Positions 1-11,319 are shown, counted from the stretch's first letter. The stretch is DNA of 64,000 nt from Candidatus Nomurabacteria bacterium (GCA_026396015.1 JAPLXP010000014.1:15944-79943), one strand, 5' to 3'. The notes: generated from the sequence alone by a model not told the origin. A program made the numbers and translations.

Positions 1-651
1 TAGGTTCTTGGCCTCAAGATCACCCTTCTCAATACGCTTTGCAAGATCACGCTCCATAGAAGCCTGAATCAATGGATACTGACCGATTTCTTTTAGATAT
101 ATCTGGATAGAGTCATAGGCACTCGCATCTTTACTGTATTTCAGTGCTGCCTTTTCATTGTCGCCATCCATGTCGAGAAGATTTCCACCTTCTAGTACAT
201 CGATACCAGCGACAGCAAACTTTTCATATAGCTCATCTAGGAACAGGATATTGTTTTCAATATCTGGGAACATTTTTATGATCTCGTCATAAGTAATGAA
301 TCCACGCTTCTTTCCCTTTTCGATCATCTCATTAGACTTTGCATCTAATTCAAGAGCTTTCTTTATCGCTACTGTCTGTTTGGCATTTTTTTCTTTTGGG
401 ACTTTTGGTGCCTTTGGAGCCTTTTCTTTTTTAAGAGGCTTCTTTACCACCTTTTTCTTCTCCACTTTTTTTACAGGCTTCTTTGCGACAATCTTTTTCT
501 TTGGGGCAACTTTTTTAACAGCAACCTTTTTTACTGGCTTCTTTACTACCTTTTTCTTCTCCACTTTTTTTACAGGCTTCTTTGCGACAATCTTTTTTGG
601 AGATGTTTTTTTCATAATTTTATTTACTTTTTTATTTTTCTTTTTGTTCAT
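1..651 (-). CDS. rpoD: RNA polymerase primary sigma factor (5' part, runs off window) with Lys-rich N-terminal extension
   Basis: Not in the ORF track. Manual translation from ATG 651 (alternative 615) is open to base 1: MNKKKNKKVNKIMKKTSPKKIVAKKPVKK...KGKKRGFITYDEI (region 1.1)...YDSIQIYLKEIGQYPLI (region 1.2). Directly follows dnaG. Confidence 0.95.
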   Translation of the reverse strand, partial: MNKKKNKKVNKIMKKTSPKKIVAKKPVKKVEKKKVVKKPVKKVAVKKVAPKKKIVAKKPVKKVEKKKVVKKPLKKEKAPKAPKVPKEKNAKQTVAIKKALELDAKSNEMIEKGKKRGFITYDEIIKMFPDIENNILFLDELYEKFAVAGIDVLEGGNLLDMDGDNEKAALKYSKDASAYDSIQIYLKEIGQYPLIQASMERDLAKRIEKGDLEAKNL

Positions 652-669
652 ACATTAAGATAAAAATTA

Positions 670-2418
670 TTATAAGCGACTATTTTTAATATGTTGAATC
701 TTTTGGGTTAATATTTGATATTCTTCTATTAAATCTTTCGGTAGTGAATTATCCGATCTATTCATATTGTCTGATACTACGATCAAACGTTCTTTTAATA
801 GCTCCTCCTCAGTATTTAACAATAATTCTACTATATCCCGAGAAAGTGTATCTATCTTGCCACCATACCACATCTCAGCTTCAAATGAAAGAGATTCTAT
901 ATATGGCGTATGGATATTTTCCAATTCCCCCCAATAGCTTTCTCCAAAAACTTCGTCTATTTTTTCTCTAAATACTTCTATCTGTTTTGATATTTCAATA
1001 TTATTCTTTTGCCAATTCAGTATTCCAAACAGTCTTTTTAGTAATACATCTTTTCTAGAATCAACCACGCTCTTTATCACTTTTACTTTATCTTCTTTTA
1101 CTTCAGAGAAAGTTTTATTTACTTTAAGAAAGTCTTGAAAGTCAGAAAAGATTGCTTGCTGCCCGAGTCCAGTATTACTTGCTATCTCCTGCATATAGGC
1201 ATCAAGTTCGATAGAACTTTTGACCATAGCGAGATATGGAAATACAACTTCACGAATTTTTCTGCCCCGGATTCTCAAATCACCAGTCTCATCACAAATA
1301 CGTCGAACATAAAAAGTAATAATATTTACAGAATTTTTAATTATATTTTTCCAAACTTCACTATCCTTTTTTATTATATCTGCAGGGTCCTCACCTTCTG
1401 GGAGTATTGCTACTTTTACTTGCATATCGAATCCCAATGCTATCATCGCCCCACGTCCACATGCACGAATACCAGCACCATCTCCATCAAAAGCAAAAAT
1501 TATATTCTGAGAGAGTCTGCGTAGTAGGCCAAGGTTATTTATCCGAGCATCATTTGTCTCAGTCGCATCTGCTAGTGCTGTACCTGAAGTAGCTACTGTA
1601 TTGGTAAAGCCTGCTTGATGAGACAGGACCAGGTCTAGCTGCCCTTCTACGATGATACTGTATCCACGAGTACGTATTGCAGTCTTGGCACGGTCGATAC
1701 CAAATAATACATTGGATTTGTTGAACAGTGTGGTATCTGGGCTATTGAGATACTTTGCTTCTTCATCATCTGGACGTCCAAATATTCTCCCTGAAAAAGC
1801 AATCACTCTACCACTACTATCAGATATCGGAAACATAATGCGCCCACGAAAACGATCATAAAAACTATTTTCTTTATTTTTTATCAAACCAATATTTTCA
1901 ATTTCAGTCTTTGTAAACCCTTTTTTCAAAAGATAATCCGATACAGAGCGCCATTCATGAGGAGCAAATCCAATTCTAAAATTCTTGATTGATTCATCAG
2001 ATACTCCACGATTCAACAGATACATCCGAGCCTCAGAATTCTTCAAGAATTCCGCTTGGAAATATTTTGTCGCTTCTTCCATACAGTCATACAGGCGTTC
2101 CTTTTCATCTCTGTCTTCCTTGGAATTTCTAAAATCTTCGAGTGGCACACCAGCGCGGAGAGCTAGCATCTTCAATGCACCCTTAAAATCAGTACCTTCA
2201 AAGTGCTCCACAAAAGAAAAAATGTCACCGCGGGCGCCGCAACCAAAACAATAGTAACTATTACGTTCAGGAGAAATATAGAAAGATGGAGTCTTTTCAT
2301 TATGAAAAGGACATCTAGCTTTAAAATTTTTACCTGAACCCTCCACCGTGATGTACGACGATAGTACATCCACGATGTTTAAGCGTTCTTTTATGGTTGG
2401 GACTACAGAAAGTGACAT
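670..2418 (-). CDS. dnaG: DNA primase
   Basis: CPFH..KTPSF...CFGC zinc finger, FRGRIMFPI, KYLNSP, TOPRIM EG..D and DGD.AG motifs. Confidence 0.98.
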   Translation of the reverse strand: MSLSVVPTIKERLNIVDVLSSYITVEGSGKNFKARCPFHNEKTPSFYISPERNSYYCFGCGARGDIFSFVEHFEGTDFKGALKMLALRAGVPLEDFRNSKEDRDEKERLYDCMEEATKYFQAEFLKNSEARMYLLNRGVSDESIKNFRIGFAPHEWRSVSDYLLKKGFTKTEIENIGLIKNKENSFYDRFRGRIMFPISDSSGRVIAFSGRIFGRPDDEEAKYLNSPDTTLFNKSNVLFGIDRAKTAIRTRGYSIIVEGQLDLVLSHQAGFTNTVATSGTALADATETNDARINNLGLLRRLSQNIIFAFDGDGAGIRACGRGAMIALGFDMQVKVAILPEGEDPADIIKKDSEVWKNIIKNSVNIITFYVRRICDETGDLRIRGRKIREVVFPYLAMVKSSIELDAYMQEIASNTGLGQQAIFSDFQDFLKVNKTFSEVKEDKVKVIKSVVDSRKDVLLKRLFGILNWQKNNIEISKQIEVFREKIDEVFGESYWGELENIHTPYIESLSFEAEMWYGGKIDTLSRDIVELLLNTEEELLKERLIVVSDNMNRSDNSLPKDLIEEYQILTQKIQHIKNSRL

Positions 2419-2441
2419 ATTCCCTAATTATATATTATTTG

Positions 2442-5400
2442 TTAATTTGTTTCTTCTACGATAGATTCTTCGATCACCTCCATTTCCTTTTGGTCTTTTT
2501 GGTGATGAGCGAATCCAGTACCAGCTGGGATCAAGTTACCGATAATAACATTTTCCTTCAAGCCTCGGAGATTATCAACTCCTCCACGGATTGCATTGTT
2601 GATCAATACGCGGTTTGTGTTTTGGAATGAAGCAGCTGACAACCAACTCTTAGTTGTTAGAGATACTTCAGAGATACCTAGGACGATTGTCGTTGCTGTA
2701 GCAGGACGGCCATTTGCAGGTGCTACACGATCATTCTCTTCGATAAGCTCGATTGATTCTACTATCTCACCTGGTGAGAATGTAGTATCTCCAGCATCCT
2801 TTATCTTCTTTCTTGAGAACATTTGACGAATGATTATTTCGATATGCTTACGAGAGATTGATGCACTTTGTAGATCGTAAACTTTGTTGATTTCATTTAC
2901 GATATACTCTTCTGCAGTTTCTTTTCCTCCGTATTTAACTATCTCATTGATATCAGCTGATCCATCAGTAAGTAGATCTCCCTTCTTTATCTTGTCTCCT
3001 GCTCTTACTACTGGCTGACGACGGAATGCAACAGTGTATTCCATTTCATTTGTCTTTGCATCACCCTTTGTGTCAGATAGGACTTTGATAACTTTTTCTT
3101 TTCCATTGTTTGTGATTTCAAGAACTTCACCATCTGTCTGAGAAATAATAGCTGGGTTCTTTGGTAGACGACGCTCGAAGATTTCTTCAACACGAGGCAA
3201 ACCAGTAGTGATGTCGACTGTCGCCACACCTCCAGCGTGGAAAGTACGAAGTGTAAGCTGAGTACCTGGCTCACCGATAGCTTGCGCTGCGATGATACCT
3301 ACAGCCTGACCGATTTCAATCAAACAGTTGCGTCCAAGATCAAGACCGTAACACATACGACATAGTCCATGGACTGTCTCACATGATAGTGGTGTACGAA
3401 CAAAAGCTTCCTTTACTCCTGCCTTATCAATCATCTTTGCATCTTCTTTTGTAACGAGAGTTCCCTTCTTCTTTATGACTTTTCCAAAACCATCCTTAAC
3501 ATCCATAAGTAGAACACGTCCTGATACATACTTTGCAAATACTCCTTCAACAGCATGAATCATTTTTCCATTCTTTGTTCCACAATCCTCTTCAGTGATT
3601 ACGACATCTTGTGCGACGTCTACTAGACGACGTGTTAGATATCCAGCCTTTGCAGTGTTGAGCGCTGTATCGGCAGCACCCTTACGAGAACCGTGAGTAG
3701 TAATGAAGTATTCAAGTGGTGATAGACCTTCGATATATGAAGGAACGATTGGGAAGTCTAGAGTCTCTCCAGAAGTATTCACAATCAAACCGATCATTCC
3801 ACACATCTGTACTAGAGATCCCATATTTCCGCGGGCTCCTGAAGTAATCAGGTCGTATGTAGAACCTGTAATGTCGAGAGTAGCAGGGATTATCTTTTCG
3901 ATTTCCTTCTTTGCATTTTCCCAGATTTGAATAATCTTCTGATATTCTTCATCTTCTGAAAGCAAACCTTCATTGTATTGATCACGAACTGCTAATTCTG
4001 ATGCACGTGCAGTCTTTACGATAGCAGTCTTACCTTCTGGCACAGACACATTGTCTATACCCCAAGTAACACCAGAGTAAGTAGCATATTTGAATCCGAA
4101 AGTTTTTATTTTATCAAGAATTTTTGGAGTACGGTCGATACCATAGTGCATGATCATCTCATCTACGAGTGCTGACATACGCTTGATAGTAATTTCTTCA
4201 TTCAAGTATGGGAAATCATCTGGAAGAATACTGTTGAAGAATAGACGCCCAACTGTAGTCTCGAATGGCTTGCCTTCGAATTTATTGTAACGAGCTTTTT
4301 CACTTCCTAGAACCTTGATCTTTGCACGGAATGTAATAGCACCTAGATCAAAAGCAGTGATAGCTTGGTTTGGACCCGTAAAAATCATTCCTTCACCCTT
4401 TTCACCATCTACAGACTTTGTCATCCAGTAACATCCAAGAACGATATCCATCTTTGGGTTTACGATTGGAGCTCCATCTTGAGGCTTTAGCAAGTTCTTT
4501 GCTGATGACATAAAGTCACGAGCTTCAGCTTGAGCTTCTTCTCCTAGTGGAACATATACAGCCATCTGGTCTCCGTCGAAGTCGGCGTTGAATCCAGCAC
4601 AGACTAGAGGGTGAACCTGGATAGCATTACCTTCGATTAGGATCGGTTTGAAAGCTTGGATACCTAGACGGTGAAGTGTAGGAGCACGGTTTAGAAGCAC
4701 GTGTTTTCCACGGATCACCTCTTCAAGGATTGCCCAAACTTCTGGAATACCTTCTTCTATCAAACGGTTTGCACCACGGATATTGAAAGCTAATTCTGTC
4801 TCAAGAACTTTTGCGATTACGAATGGACGGAACAATTCCAGTGCCATGTGCTTTGGAAGTCCACATTCATCAAGATCTAAGTTTGGACCCACAACGATAA
4901 CAGAACGTCCAGAGTAGTCCACACGCTTTCCGAGCAAGTTTTGACGGAATAGACCTTGTTTTGATTTTAGGTTGTCTGAAAGAGATTTCAATGCACGCTT
5001 TTGAGATGAAGACACAGCTTGCGAATCATTCTGCTTTGCGATTGAGTTGTCGATCAATGCATCTACTGCTTCTTGAAGAATACGCTTTTCGTTTCGGAGG
5101 ATTACATCTGGAGCACCGATTTCCTTCAATTTCTTTAGACGGTTGTTTCTGTTTATAACACGACGATATAGATCGTTTAGATCTGAAGTCGCATGACGTC
5201 CACCATCAAGAGCCACCATAGGGCGGAGTGCTGGAGGAATAACAGGGATAACTGTCATGAACATCCATTCAGGACGGATTCCTGAAAGGATCATTGAACG
5301 GATCAATGATAGACGCTTTTCCAATTTCTCTTTATCTAGAGTTGAAGCTTTTGGAAGCATAGCTTCTGTTTCAGTCTTTAATTTTTCAAGATCAAGATTT

Positions 5401-6068
5401 TTGAAAATTGTGTATATAGCTTCAGCACCGATACTTGCATCAAAACAAGAACCGTACTTTAGACTAAAGTGGTGGTAGGCTATTTCATTTAAAACTTTTC
5501 CTGGAATTATCTCGCCGATCTCTCTCTTTGTATTTGAAAGAAGTTCTTTTAATTTTTCTTTTGTTTCTTCGTCATTTGCACCCTTTATCTTTGATTTGAA
5601 TTCACTATCAAGATTCTTAATAACTTCATCTTTTTCAGATTGGTGAACATTGATGATGATGTATCCAGCAAAGTAAATAACTTTTTCCAAATCAGAAACT
5701 GAAATGTTCAAAAGTGTAGACATACGACTTGGTACTCCACGTAGGAACCAAATGTGTGCCACAGGTGATGCAAGGTCGATGTGACCCATACGATCACGAC
5801 GAACTATAGAGCGAGTAACCTCAACTCCACATTTTTCACAGACGATATCCTTGTAGCGAATACGTCGGTATTTTCCACAGTAACATTCGTAGTCTTTTTC
5901 TGGTCCGAAGATTCTTTCGTCGAATAGTCCAGAGCGCTCTGAGCGGCCTGTACGGTAGTTTATTGTCTCGGGCTTTGTAACTTCTCCATATGACCATTCA
6001 CGAATACGATCAGGGCTAGCGAGGGAGAGTGTGATTGAATCAAAATCTGTTGTATCTATTGTTTTCAT
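2442..6068 (-). CDS. rpoC: RNA polymerase beta' subunit
   Basis: NADFDGDQM catalytic motif, N-terminal zinc finger, [13 protein letters not shown]. Confidence 0.99.
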   Translation of the reverse strand: MKTIDTTDFDSITLSLASPDRIREWSYGEVTKPETINYRTGRSERSGLFDERIFGPEKDYECYCGKYRRIRYKDIVCEKCGVEVTRSIVRRDRMGHIDLASPVAHIWFLRGVPSRMSTLLNISVSDLEKVIYFAGYIIINVHQSEKDEVIKNLDSEFKSKIKGANDEETKEKLKELLSNTKREIGEIIPGKVLNEIAYHHFSLKYGSCFDASIGAEAIYTIFKNLDLEKLKTETEAMLPKASTLDKEKLEKRLSLIRSMILSGIRPEWMFMTVIPVIPPALRPMVALDGGRHATSDLNDLYRRVINRNNRLKKLKEIGAPDVILRNEKRILQEAVDALIDNSIAKQNDSQAVSSSQKRALKSLSDNLKSKQGLFRQNLLGKRVDYSGRSVIVVGPNLDLDECGLPKHMALELFRPFVIAKVLETELAFNIRGANRLIEEGIPEVWAILEEVIRGKHVLLNRAPTLHRLGIQAFKPILIEGNAIQVHPLVCAGFNADFDGDQMAVYVPLGEEAQAEARDFMSSAKNLLKPQDGAPIVNPKMDIVLGCYWMTKSVDGEKGEGMIFTGPNQAITAFDLGAITFRAKIKVLGSEKARYNKFEGKPFETTVGRLFFNSILPDDFPYLNEEITIKRMSALVDEMIMHYGIDRTPKILDKIKTFGFKYATYSGVTWGIDNVSVPEGKTAIVKTARASELAVRDQYNEGLLSEDEEYQKIIQIWENAKKEIEKIIPATLDITGSTYDLITSGARGNMGSLVQMCGMIGLIVNTSGETLDFPIVPSYIEGLSPLEYFITTHGSRKGAADTALNTAKAGYLTRRLVDVAQDVVITEEDCGTKNGKMIHAVEGVFAKYVSGRVLLMDVKDGFGKVIKKKGTLVTKEDAKMIDKAGVKEAFVRTPLSCETVHGLCRMCYGLDLGRNCLIEIGQAVGIIAAQAIGEPGTQLTLRTFHAGGVATVDITTGLPRVEEIFERRLPKNPAIISQTDGEVLEITNNGKEKVIKVLSDTKGDAKTNEMEYTVAFRRQPVVRAGDKIKKGDLLTDGSADINEIVKYGGKETAEEYIVNEINKVYDLQSASISRKHIEIIIRQMFSRKKIKDAGDTTFSPGEIVESIELIEENDRVAPANGRPATATTIVLGISEVSLTTKSWLSAASFQNTNRVLINNAIRGGVDNLRGLKENVIIGNLIPAGTGFAHHQKDQKEMEVIEESIVEETN

Positions 6069-6092
6069 AATTTTAATTTTAATTTTAATCTA

Positions 6093-9000
6093 TTAAAAAT
6101 TCCCCTTACGTAGATCGACGTCCAGTGCTAGTCCACGGAGATATGCTAGTAATACATTGAATGATGCTGGTACATTTGGTTCACCGATTGGCTTGCCTTT
6201 GATAATCGCATCGAATGTCTGTGAACGTCCAACGATATCGTCAGATTTGATAGTGAGCATTTCGCGGAGTGTATAAGCAGCTCCATGACCTTCCAATGCC
6301 CACACCTCCATTTCTCCGAAACGTTGCCCTCCACCTTGAGCTTTACCTCCGAGTGGCTGTTGAGTAATGAGTGAGTACGGACCGATTGAACGCATGTGCA
6401 GCTTGTCTTCCACCATGTGGTGCAGCTTGAGCATGTACATATAACCGATAGCGATATCCTGGTCAAAAGCATCACCTGTACGTCCATCGTAAAGTGTAAC
6501 CTTACCTGATTCTGGCATTCCTGAAGCTACTAGTTCAGCTTTGATTTCTGGAACTGTCGCAGATGTAAATGGTGGAACGATAGCCTGGTATCCGAGTGTG
6601 TGTGCAGCATAACCCAAGTGCATTTCTAGGACCTGTCCTAGGTTCATACGAGATGGAACACCGAGCGGAGTTAGAACAACATCCACAGGAGTACCGTCTG
6701 CCATGAATGGCATTTCTTCCTCTGGCAAGATAACAGAGATGACACCCTTGTTACCGTGACGTCCAGCGAGCTTGTCACCCACTGAGATATTTCTGATTTG
6801 TGCGATTTCCACGATGATACGCTTGATGATACCTGATTCTAGATTGTGACCTTGATCACGTGAGAATATCTTGATACCAACAACACGTCCCTTCTTGCCG
6901 TGTTCAAGACGTAGAGAACTGTCTTTTACATCACGAGCTTTTTCAGTAAAGATAGAACGTAGTAGGCGCTCTTCTGGAGTAAGTTCTGTCTCACCCTTTG
7001 GAGTGATCTTACCTACGAGAATATCGTTTTCACGGATTTCAGCACCGACAGTAATGATACCGTCTTCATCCAAGTCTTTCAATTTATTTTCACCAACGTT
7101 TGGAATATCACGAGTTGTGACCTCGGGTCCGAGTTTTGTATCACGCACGTTACATACGAATTCTGTAACATAAATACTTGTGAATTTACTCTTCTTTACA
7201 AGACGCTCTGATAGGATGATCGCATCTTCGTAGTTTGCACCTCCCCATGACATGAATGCTGTGAGTACGTTCTGACCAAGAGCAATCTGACCACGATCAG
7301 TAGTAGATGTATCTGCTAGAACCATACCTTTTTTCACAGTCTCACCCATAGACACACTTGGTCTCTGGTGGAATGTAGAGAAGTTGTTTGTACGAGAAAA
7401 TGTAACGAGTGGATATGTATGATCTTTGCCTTTGTCATCTGTAACTGTAACTTTCTTTCCATCAACATATGACACCTTACCATTTACCTCTGATACGACT
7501 AGACGTCCAGATGAACGAGCAGCAAGTTCTTCCATACCAGTAGCAACCAACGGTGCTTCTGGAGTTATGCAGGCCATAGCCTGCTTTTGCATGTTACTTC
7601 CCATGAGTGTACGGTGACCGTTATCGTGTTCTAGGAATGGAATCATAGAAGTAGCAATAGAGAATGGCTGGTTTGTAGCCACGTCGATAAAGTCTATTTC
7701 ATCGCGCTTCACTATTCCAGGATTTGTCTTGATACGAGCTTCAACATATTCTTCAGAGATTTTTCCAGCTTCATCGTACTTTACACCAGCATGAGCGATG
7801 TTGTACTTTTCTTCTTCAAGAGCATTCAAATACACCACTTCGGAAGTGATCTTACCTTTGTTTACTTTGATGTATGGAGTCTCGATAATACCGAATTCAT
7901 TGATCTTTGCATAGGTAGACAAGTGCAAGATAAGACCGATGTTTGGACCTTCTGGAGTGTGGATAGGACATACACGACCGTAGTGGGATGTATGCACGTC
8001 ACGAACTTCTAGACCTGCACGCTCGCGAGTAAGACCTCCGGGTCCGAGTGCTGACAGAGTTCTGAGGTGCTCTACTTCGGCCATCACGTTTTCTTGGTTC
8101 ATGAATTGTGAAAGCTGGTTAGCTGTGAAGAATTCCTTGATACGAGCCTGAAGTGGACGCTGGTTTATGATCTGGATTGGCATTGTAGTACCGACGTCTA
8201 TAGTAGACATACGGTCTTGAACATTACGCTTGATCTGAGCCATACCCATGCGAACTTTTTGCTGGAACATTTCTCCGACATAGCGGACACGACGCTGACC
8301 TAGGTGGTCGATATCGTCTGCCTTTGCATGAGGATCAGAATTTAGAGCTGTAATATGAGAGATGATAGTAACTACGTCTTCTGCAGAAATAACACGACGC
8401 TCCATTTCTTTTGCATCCATGTTCTTTTCAAAACGCTTGTTGAAACGGAAACGTCCAACAGGAGAAAGATCATAACGCTCGTTTGAAAGGAGTGTAGTTA
8501 TAAAATCACGAGCATTGTCTGGAGTAGCTAGGTCACCATCACGAAGACGCTTGTATATCTCGATATATGAGTCAGATAGTGTCTTTGCTGGATCCTTTTC
8601 GATACATGCATTGATTACCTTCAATAGGGCCTCATCTTTACTGAAAGCTTTGGTCATAGCTTCATCGGTATGCATTCCTAGGACACGCAAAAGAGACGCA
8701 ATTGAAAACTTGCGCTTTTTATCGATGCGTACATATATAGCACCATCTGGATCTGATTCTATTTCAATCCAAACTCCACGTGCTGGGATTATCTTTGCAC
8801 CAAAATATCTCTTACTCTTCATTTCCTGATCAGTAAAGAAAACTCCGAATGAACGAGTAAGCTGAGGAACGATAACACGCTCTACTCCATTGATAATGAA
8901 AGTACCGTGCTTTGTCATCAACGGCACATCTGCCATGAAGATTTCCTGCTCTTTTGTTGTACCTAGGCTTTTGTTTAGAAGACTAACGCGAGTTTTTAGT

Positions 9001-9263
9001 GGACCCTCGTAAGTCAATTTGTTTATTTTTGTATATTCTTCATCAAACTTTGACTCACCAAGAGTGAATGAAGTGAAATTCAATTGGAACTTTTTGTCAG
9101 AGTAATCGTTGATTGGAGAAAATTCCTTAAAAACTTCTTTCAACCCACTCTCTACTAACCAATTGAATGAGACGATTTGATTCTCAATCAAATTAGGAAA
9201 CTCGACCAACGGTTTTTTGTACCGTGAAAAATACTTTTTCTCTCGTGCTGCTGTTTTTTTCAT
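6093..9263 (-). CDS. rpoB: RNA polymerase beta subunit
   Basis: GDKLAGRHGNKG, GQRFGEMEVWALE, LSALGPGGL motifs. Confidence 0.99.
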   Translation of the reverse strand: MKKTAAREKKYFSRYKKPLVEFPNLIENQIVSFNWLVESGLKEVFKEFSPINDYSDKKFQLNFTSFTLGESKFDEEYTKINKLTYEGPLKTRVSLLNKSLGTTKEQEIFMADVPLMTKHGTFIINGVERVIVPQLTRSFGVFFTDQEMKSKRYFGAKIIPARGVWIEIESDPDGAIYVRIDKKRKFSIASLLRVLGMHTDEAMTKAFSKDEALLKVINACIEKDPAKTLSDSYIEIYKRLRDGDLATPDNARDFITTLLSNERYDLSPVGRFRFNKRFEKNMDAKEMERRVISAEDVVTIISHITALNSDPHAKADDIDHLGQRRVRYVGEMFQQKVRMGMAQIKRNVQDRMSTIDVGTTMPIQIINQRPLQARIKEFFTANQLSQFMNQENVMAEVEHLRTLSALGPGGLTRERAGLEVRDVHTSHYGRVCPIHTPEGPNIGLILHLSTYAKINEFGIIETPYIKVNKGKITSEVVYLNALEEEKYNIAHAGVKYDEAGKISEEYVEARIKTNPGIVKRDEIDFIDVATNQPFSIATSMIPFLEHDNGHRTLMGSNMQKQAMACITPEAPLVATGMEELAARSSGRLVVSEVNGKVSYVDGKKVTVTDDKGKDHTYPLVTFSRTNNFSTFHQRPSVSMGETVKKGMVLADTSTTDRGQIALGQNVLTAFMSWGGANYEDAIILSERLVKKSKFTSIYVTEFVCNVRDTKLGPEVTTRDIPNVGENKLKDLDEDGIITVGAEIRENDILVGKITPKGETELTPEERLLRSIFTEKARDVKDSSLRLEHGKKGRVVGIKIFSRDQGHNLESGIIKRIIVEIAQIRNISVGDKLAGRHGNKGVISVILPEEEMPFMADGTPVDVVLTPLGVPSRMNLGQVLEMHLGYAAHTLGYQAIVPPFTSATVPEIKAELVASGMPESGKVTLYDGRTGDAFDQDIAIGYMYMLKLHHMVEDKLHMRSIGPYSLITQQPLGGKAQGGGQRFGEMEVWALEGHGAAYTLREMLTIKSDDIVGRSQTFDAIIKGKPIGEPNVPASFNVLLAYLRGLALDVDLRKGNF

Positions 9264-9577
9264 ATTTACAAAAATAAAATTAATAAATAGTTATTTTATC
9301 AATTTTATAAACGAAAAAACACCAAGGTGACCAAACCTTAATGTGTAATACTATTACATTATGCCTTTTGTACTGTTTTGCAAAATAGCTTTAGTAATTG
9401 GGTTAATAAATCGATTAAATCTGTCATAACTCAATCTATTCAATCTGTGCATATCTTATACCAAAATCGCTAAAATGTCAATATTTTGCAACGAATTGCC
9501 TTTTAAGGCAAAAAGGTGTATCATTTTCTTAATTTGGCTTGAACATTGATAATTTTTAAATCTAAAAATACATACAT

Positions 9578-10060
9578 ATGACAAAGTTTAACATACTAAT
9601 CATCATTGTAGTTCCCTGCTGCACAAGTGATTGCGGAGAACATTACAAGATCTCAGGTGAGTTATCTTCAAAAGGAGACAAAACTAAACAAATTAGTTCT
9701 ACTGTAGAAAATAACAAACTAAAGACAAACGAAGTATTCACTCCTACAGATAATGTTTACGCTAAATTTTTAGCGGAAAATATTTACTCGAATTTTACAG
9801 AAATAGAAGAATTATCGGATAAAAATTTTAATCCATACGATGCATCTTATTTAATTTCTGTAAAACTTAATAAAATTATAGAACCCCATTCAAAGAAAAA
9901 CGCTACAATAATAGTAAGTAAAAAAACAGCAGAACAAATACTATTATTAAAAGAATTCATCTCGTTTAATCCCCCATCAAGTGTTCAACCTTATGAAATA
10001 TATGTATTTAATAGGTTTGAAAATTCAATCAAAATGGTAGCACAACAGTCGCTATCTTAA
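9578..10060 (+). CDS. hypothetical protein
   Basis: 160-aa AT-rich ORF divergent from rpoB, followed by a hairpin at about 10070-10100. No recognisable motif. Confidence 0.6.
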   Translation: MTKFNILIIIVVPCCTSDCGEHYKISGELSSKGDKTKQISSTVENNKLKTNEVFTPTDNVYAKFLAENIYSNFTEIEELSDKNFNPYDASYLISVKLNKIIEPHSKKNATIIVSKKTAEQILLLKEFISFNPPSSVQPYEIYVFNRFENSIKMVAQQSLS

Positions 10061-10102
10061 AAAAACACGAAACTTGAATAATATTATTATTCAAGTTTCT
10101 TT

Positions 10103-10810
10103 TTATTTTTTACCAAGCTTCCAATTCTCTATTTTTTTATGATCACCGGATAGTAATACAGGTGGAACCTTGTATTTTTTACTTTTTATTTGTCCGTTCT
10201 TAGTAGTAGGAAATTCAAATATCTCTGGTCTTGTATATATCTCACTACTAGAAACTCTGGACTCTTCTCGAGAATCAAAATTGCCCAATACGCCGGGAAT
10301 CTGACGTGCCATACAATCTATTAGTATCATAGCGGGTAGCTCGCCACCTGTGAGGACATAGTCCCCGATCGAAATCTTTTTAGTCTTGAATACCTTGTCT
10401 ACACGAGCATCGATACCCTCATAGCGACCACAGATCATAATCACATCTGTGTACTTCTTTGTAGTCTTGTATGCGAAATCTGTCGTAAACTTTTCTCCTG
10501 ATGGAACAAAATTTATAATAAGAGTTTTTGCTGTTTTTTTCTTCTCTAGTTTTTTGACGATACTATCTATAGCCTTGATTATCGGCTCTGCCATCATGAC
10601 CATACCTGGACCACCACCATATGGGCGCTCATCTATCTGTAGTGATACATTGCCATCTGGCCAAACTTTTCTGTATTTTCCAGAGACAAACTTTCTAGGA
10701 TTCACAAAGTTCACCTTTATCTTCTTTTCCTTTATCGCACGTGCAAGAATAGACTCGCCTAAGTACGAGTCGAACATCTCTGGAAATAAAGTTATTATGT
10801 GAAAATTCAT
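10103..10810 (-). CDS. trmD: tRNA (guanine37-N1)-methyltransferase
   Basis: PYGGGPGM, CGRYEGID, SIGDYVLTGGE. Start moved to ATG 10810 (MNFHIITLFP). Confidence 0.97.
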   Translation of the reverse strand: MNFHIITLFPEMFDSYLGESILARAIKEKKIKVNFVNPRKFVSGKYRKVWPDGNVSLQIDERPYGGGPGMVMMAEPIIKAIDSIVKKLEKKKTAKTLIINFVPSGEKFTTDFAYKTTKKYTDVIMICGRYEGIDARVDKVFKTKKISIGDYVLTGGELPAMILIDCMARQIPGVLGNFDSREESRVSSSEIYTRPEIFEFPTTKNGQIKSKKYKVPPVLLSGDHKKIENWKLGKK

Positions 10811-10843
10811 ATCGTTACGATACCACAAAATACTCAATTTATC

Positions 10844-10966
10844 AAAACAAAGAAAAAGGCCTCAGATGCGAGGCGCAGTCGAGGATACGAGGGAGATGTA
10901 GTTGTTCTACATTGACCGAAGTACCGGAGACTGCAACAAAGCAGATGAGGCCTTTTTATTTGTTTT
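10844..10966. repeat. about 120-bp rod-like inverted-repeat element (candidate structured RNA or MITE-like repeat)
   Basis: Nested arms aaaaaggcctca/tgaggccttttt, gcagtc/gactgc and atgtag/ctacat, separated by purine-rich internal loops. Confidence 0.7.
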
Positions 10967-10968
10967 AC

Positions 10969-11319
10969 TTAGATTCCTTTTAGATCATCGAGTGCTGCAT
11001 CTACTGATTTTGATGCCTCACTAGCTGACATAGCTTGCGCTGGTGCTGCTGATGCTGGTGCATCTACGCGGCCACCTTCTGGTTCATTGATTTTCAAATT
11101 TACACGTGCGTTATTCTTCATACCGATTACACGTAGTAGTGTACGGATTGCCTTTGCAGTATTACCCTGTCGGCCGATGATCTTACCCATGTCCGCTGGA
11201 TTCACTGTCATAGTAATAAGTACGCCCATCTCGTCTACTGTACGATCAATCTTCACATCGTTTGGATTATCTACTAGTGACTTTACAACATATTCTAGGA
11301 ATGCTTTGTCGTCTGCCAT
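10969..11319 (-). CDS. khpA: KH-domain RNA-binding protein (KhpA/YlqC family)
   Basis: DMGKIIGRQGNTAKAIR GxxG KH motif, located between rpsP and trmD. Start at ATG 11319. Confidence 0.93.
   Translation of the reverse strand: MADDKAFLEYVVKSLVDNPNDVKIDRTVDEMGVLITMTVNPADMGKIIGRQGNTAKAIRTLLRVIGMKNNARVNLKINEPEGGRVDAPASAAPAQAMSASEASKSVDAALDDLKGI

Noticed and set aside
296-658. Phe-rich 120-aa plus-strand ORF
   Set aside because: Antisense shadow of the Lys-rich rpoD N-terminus
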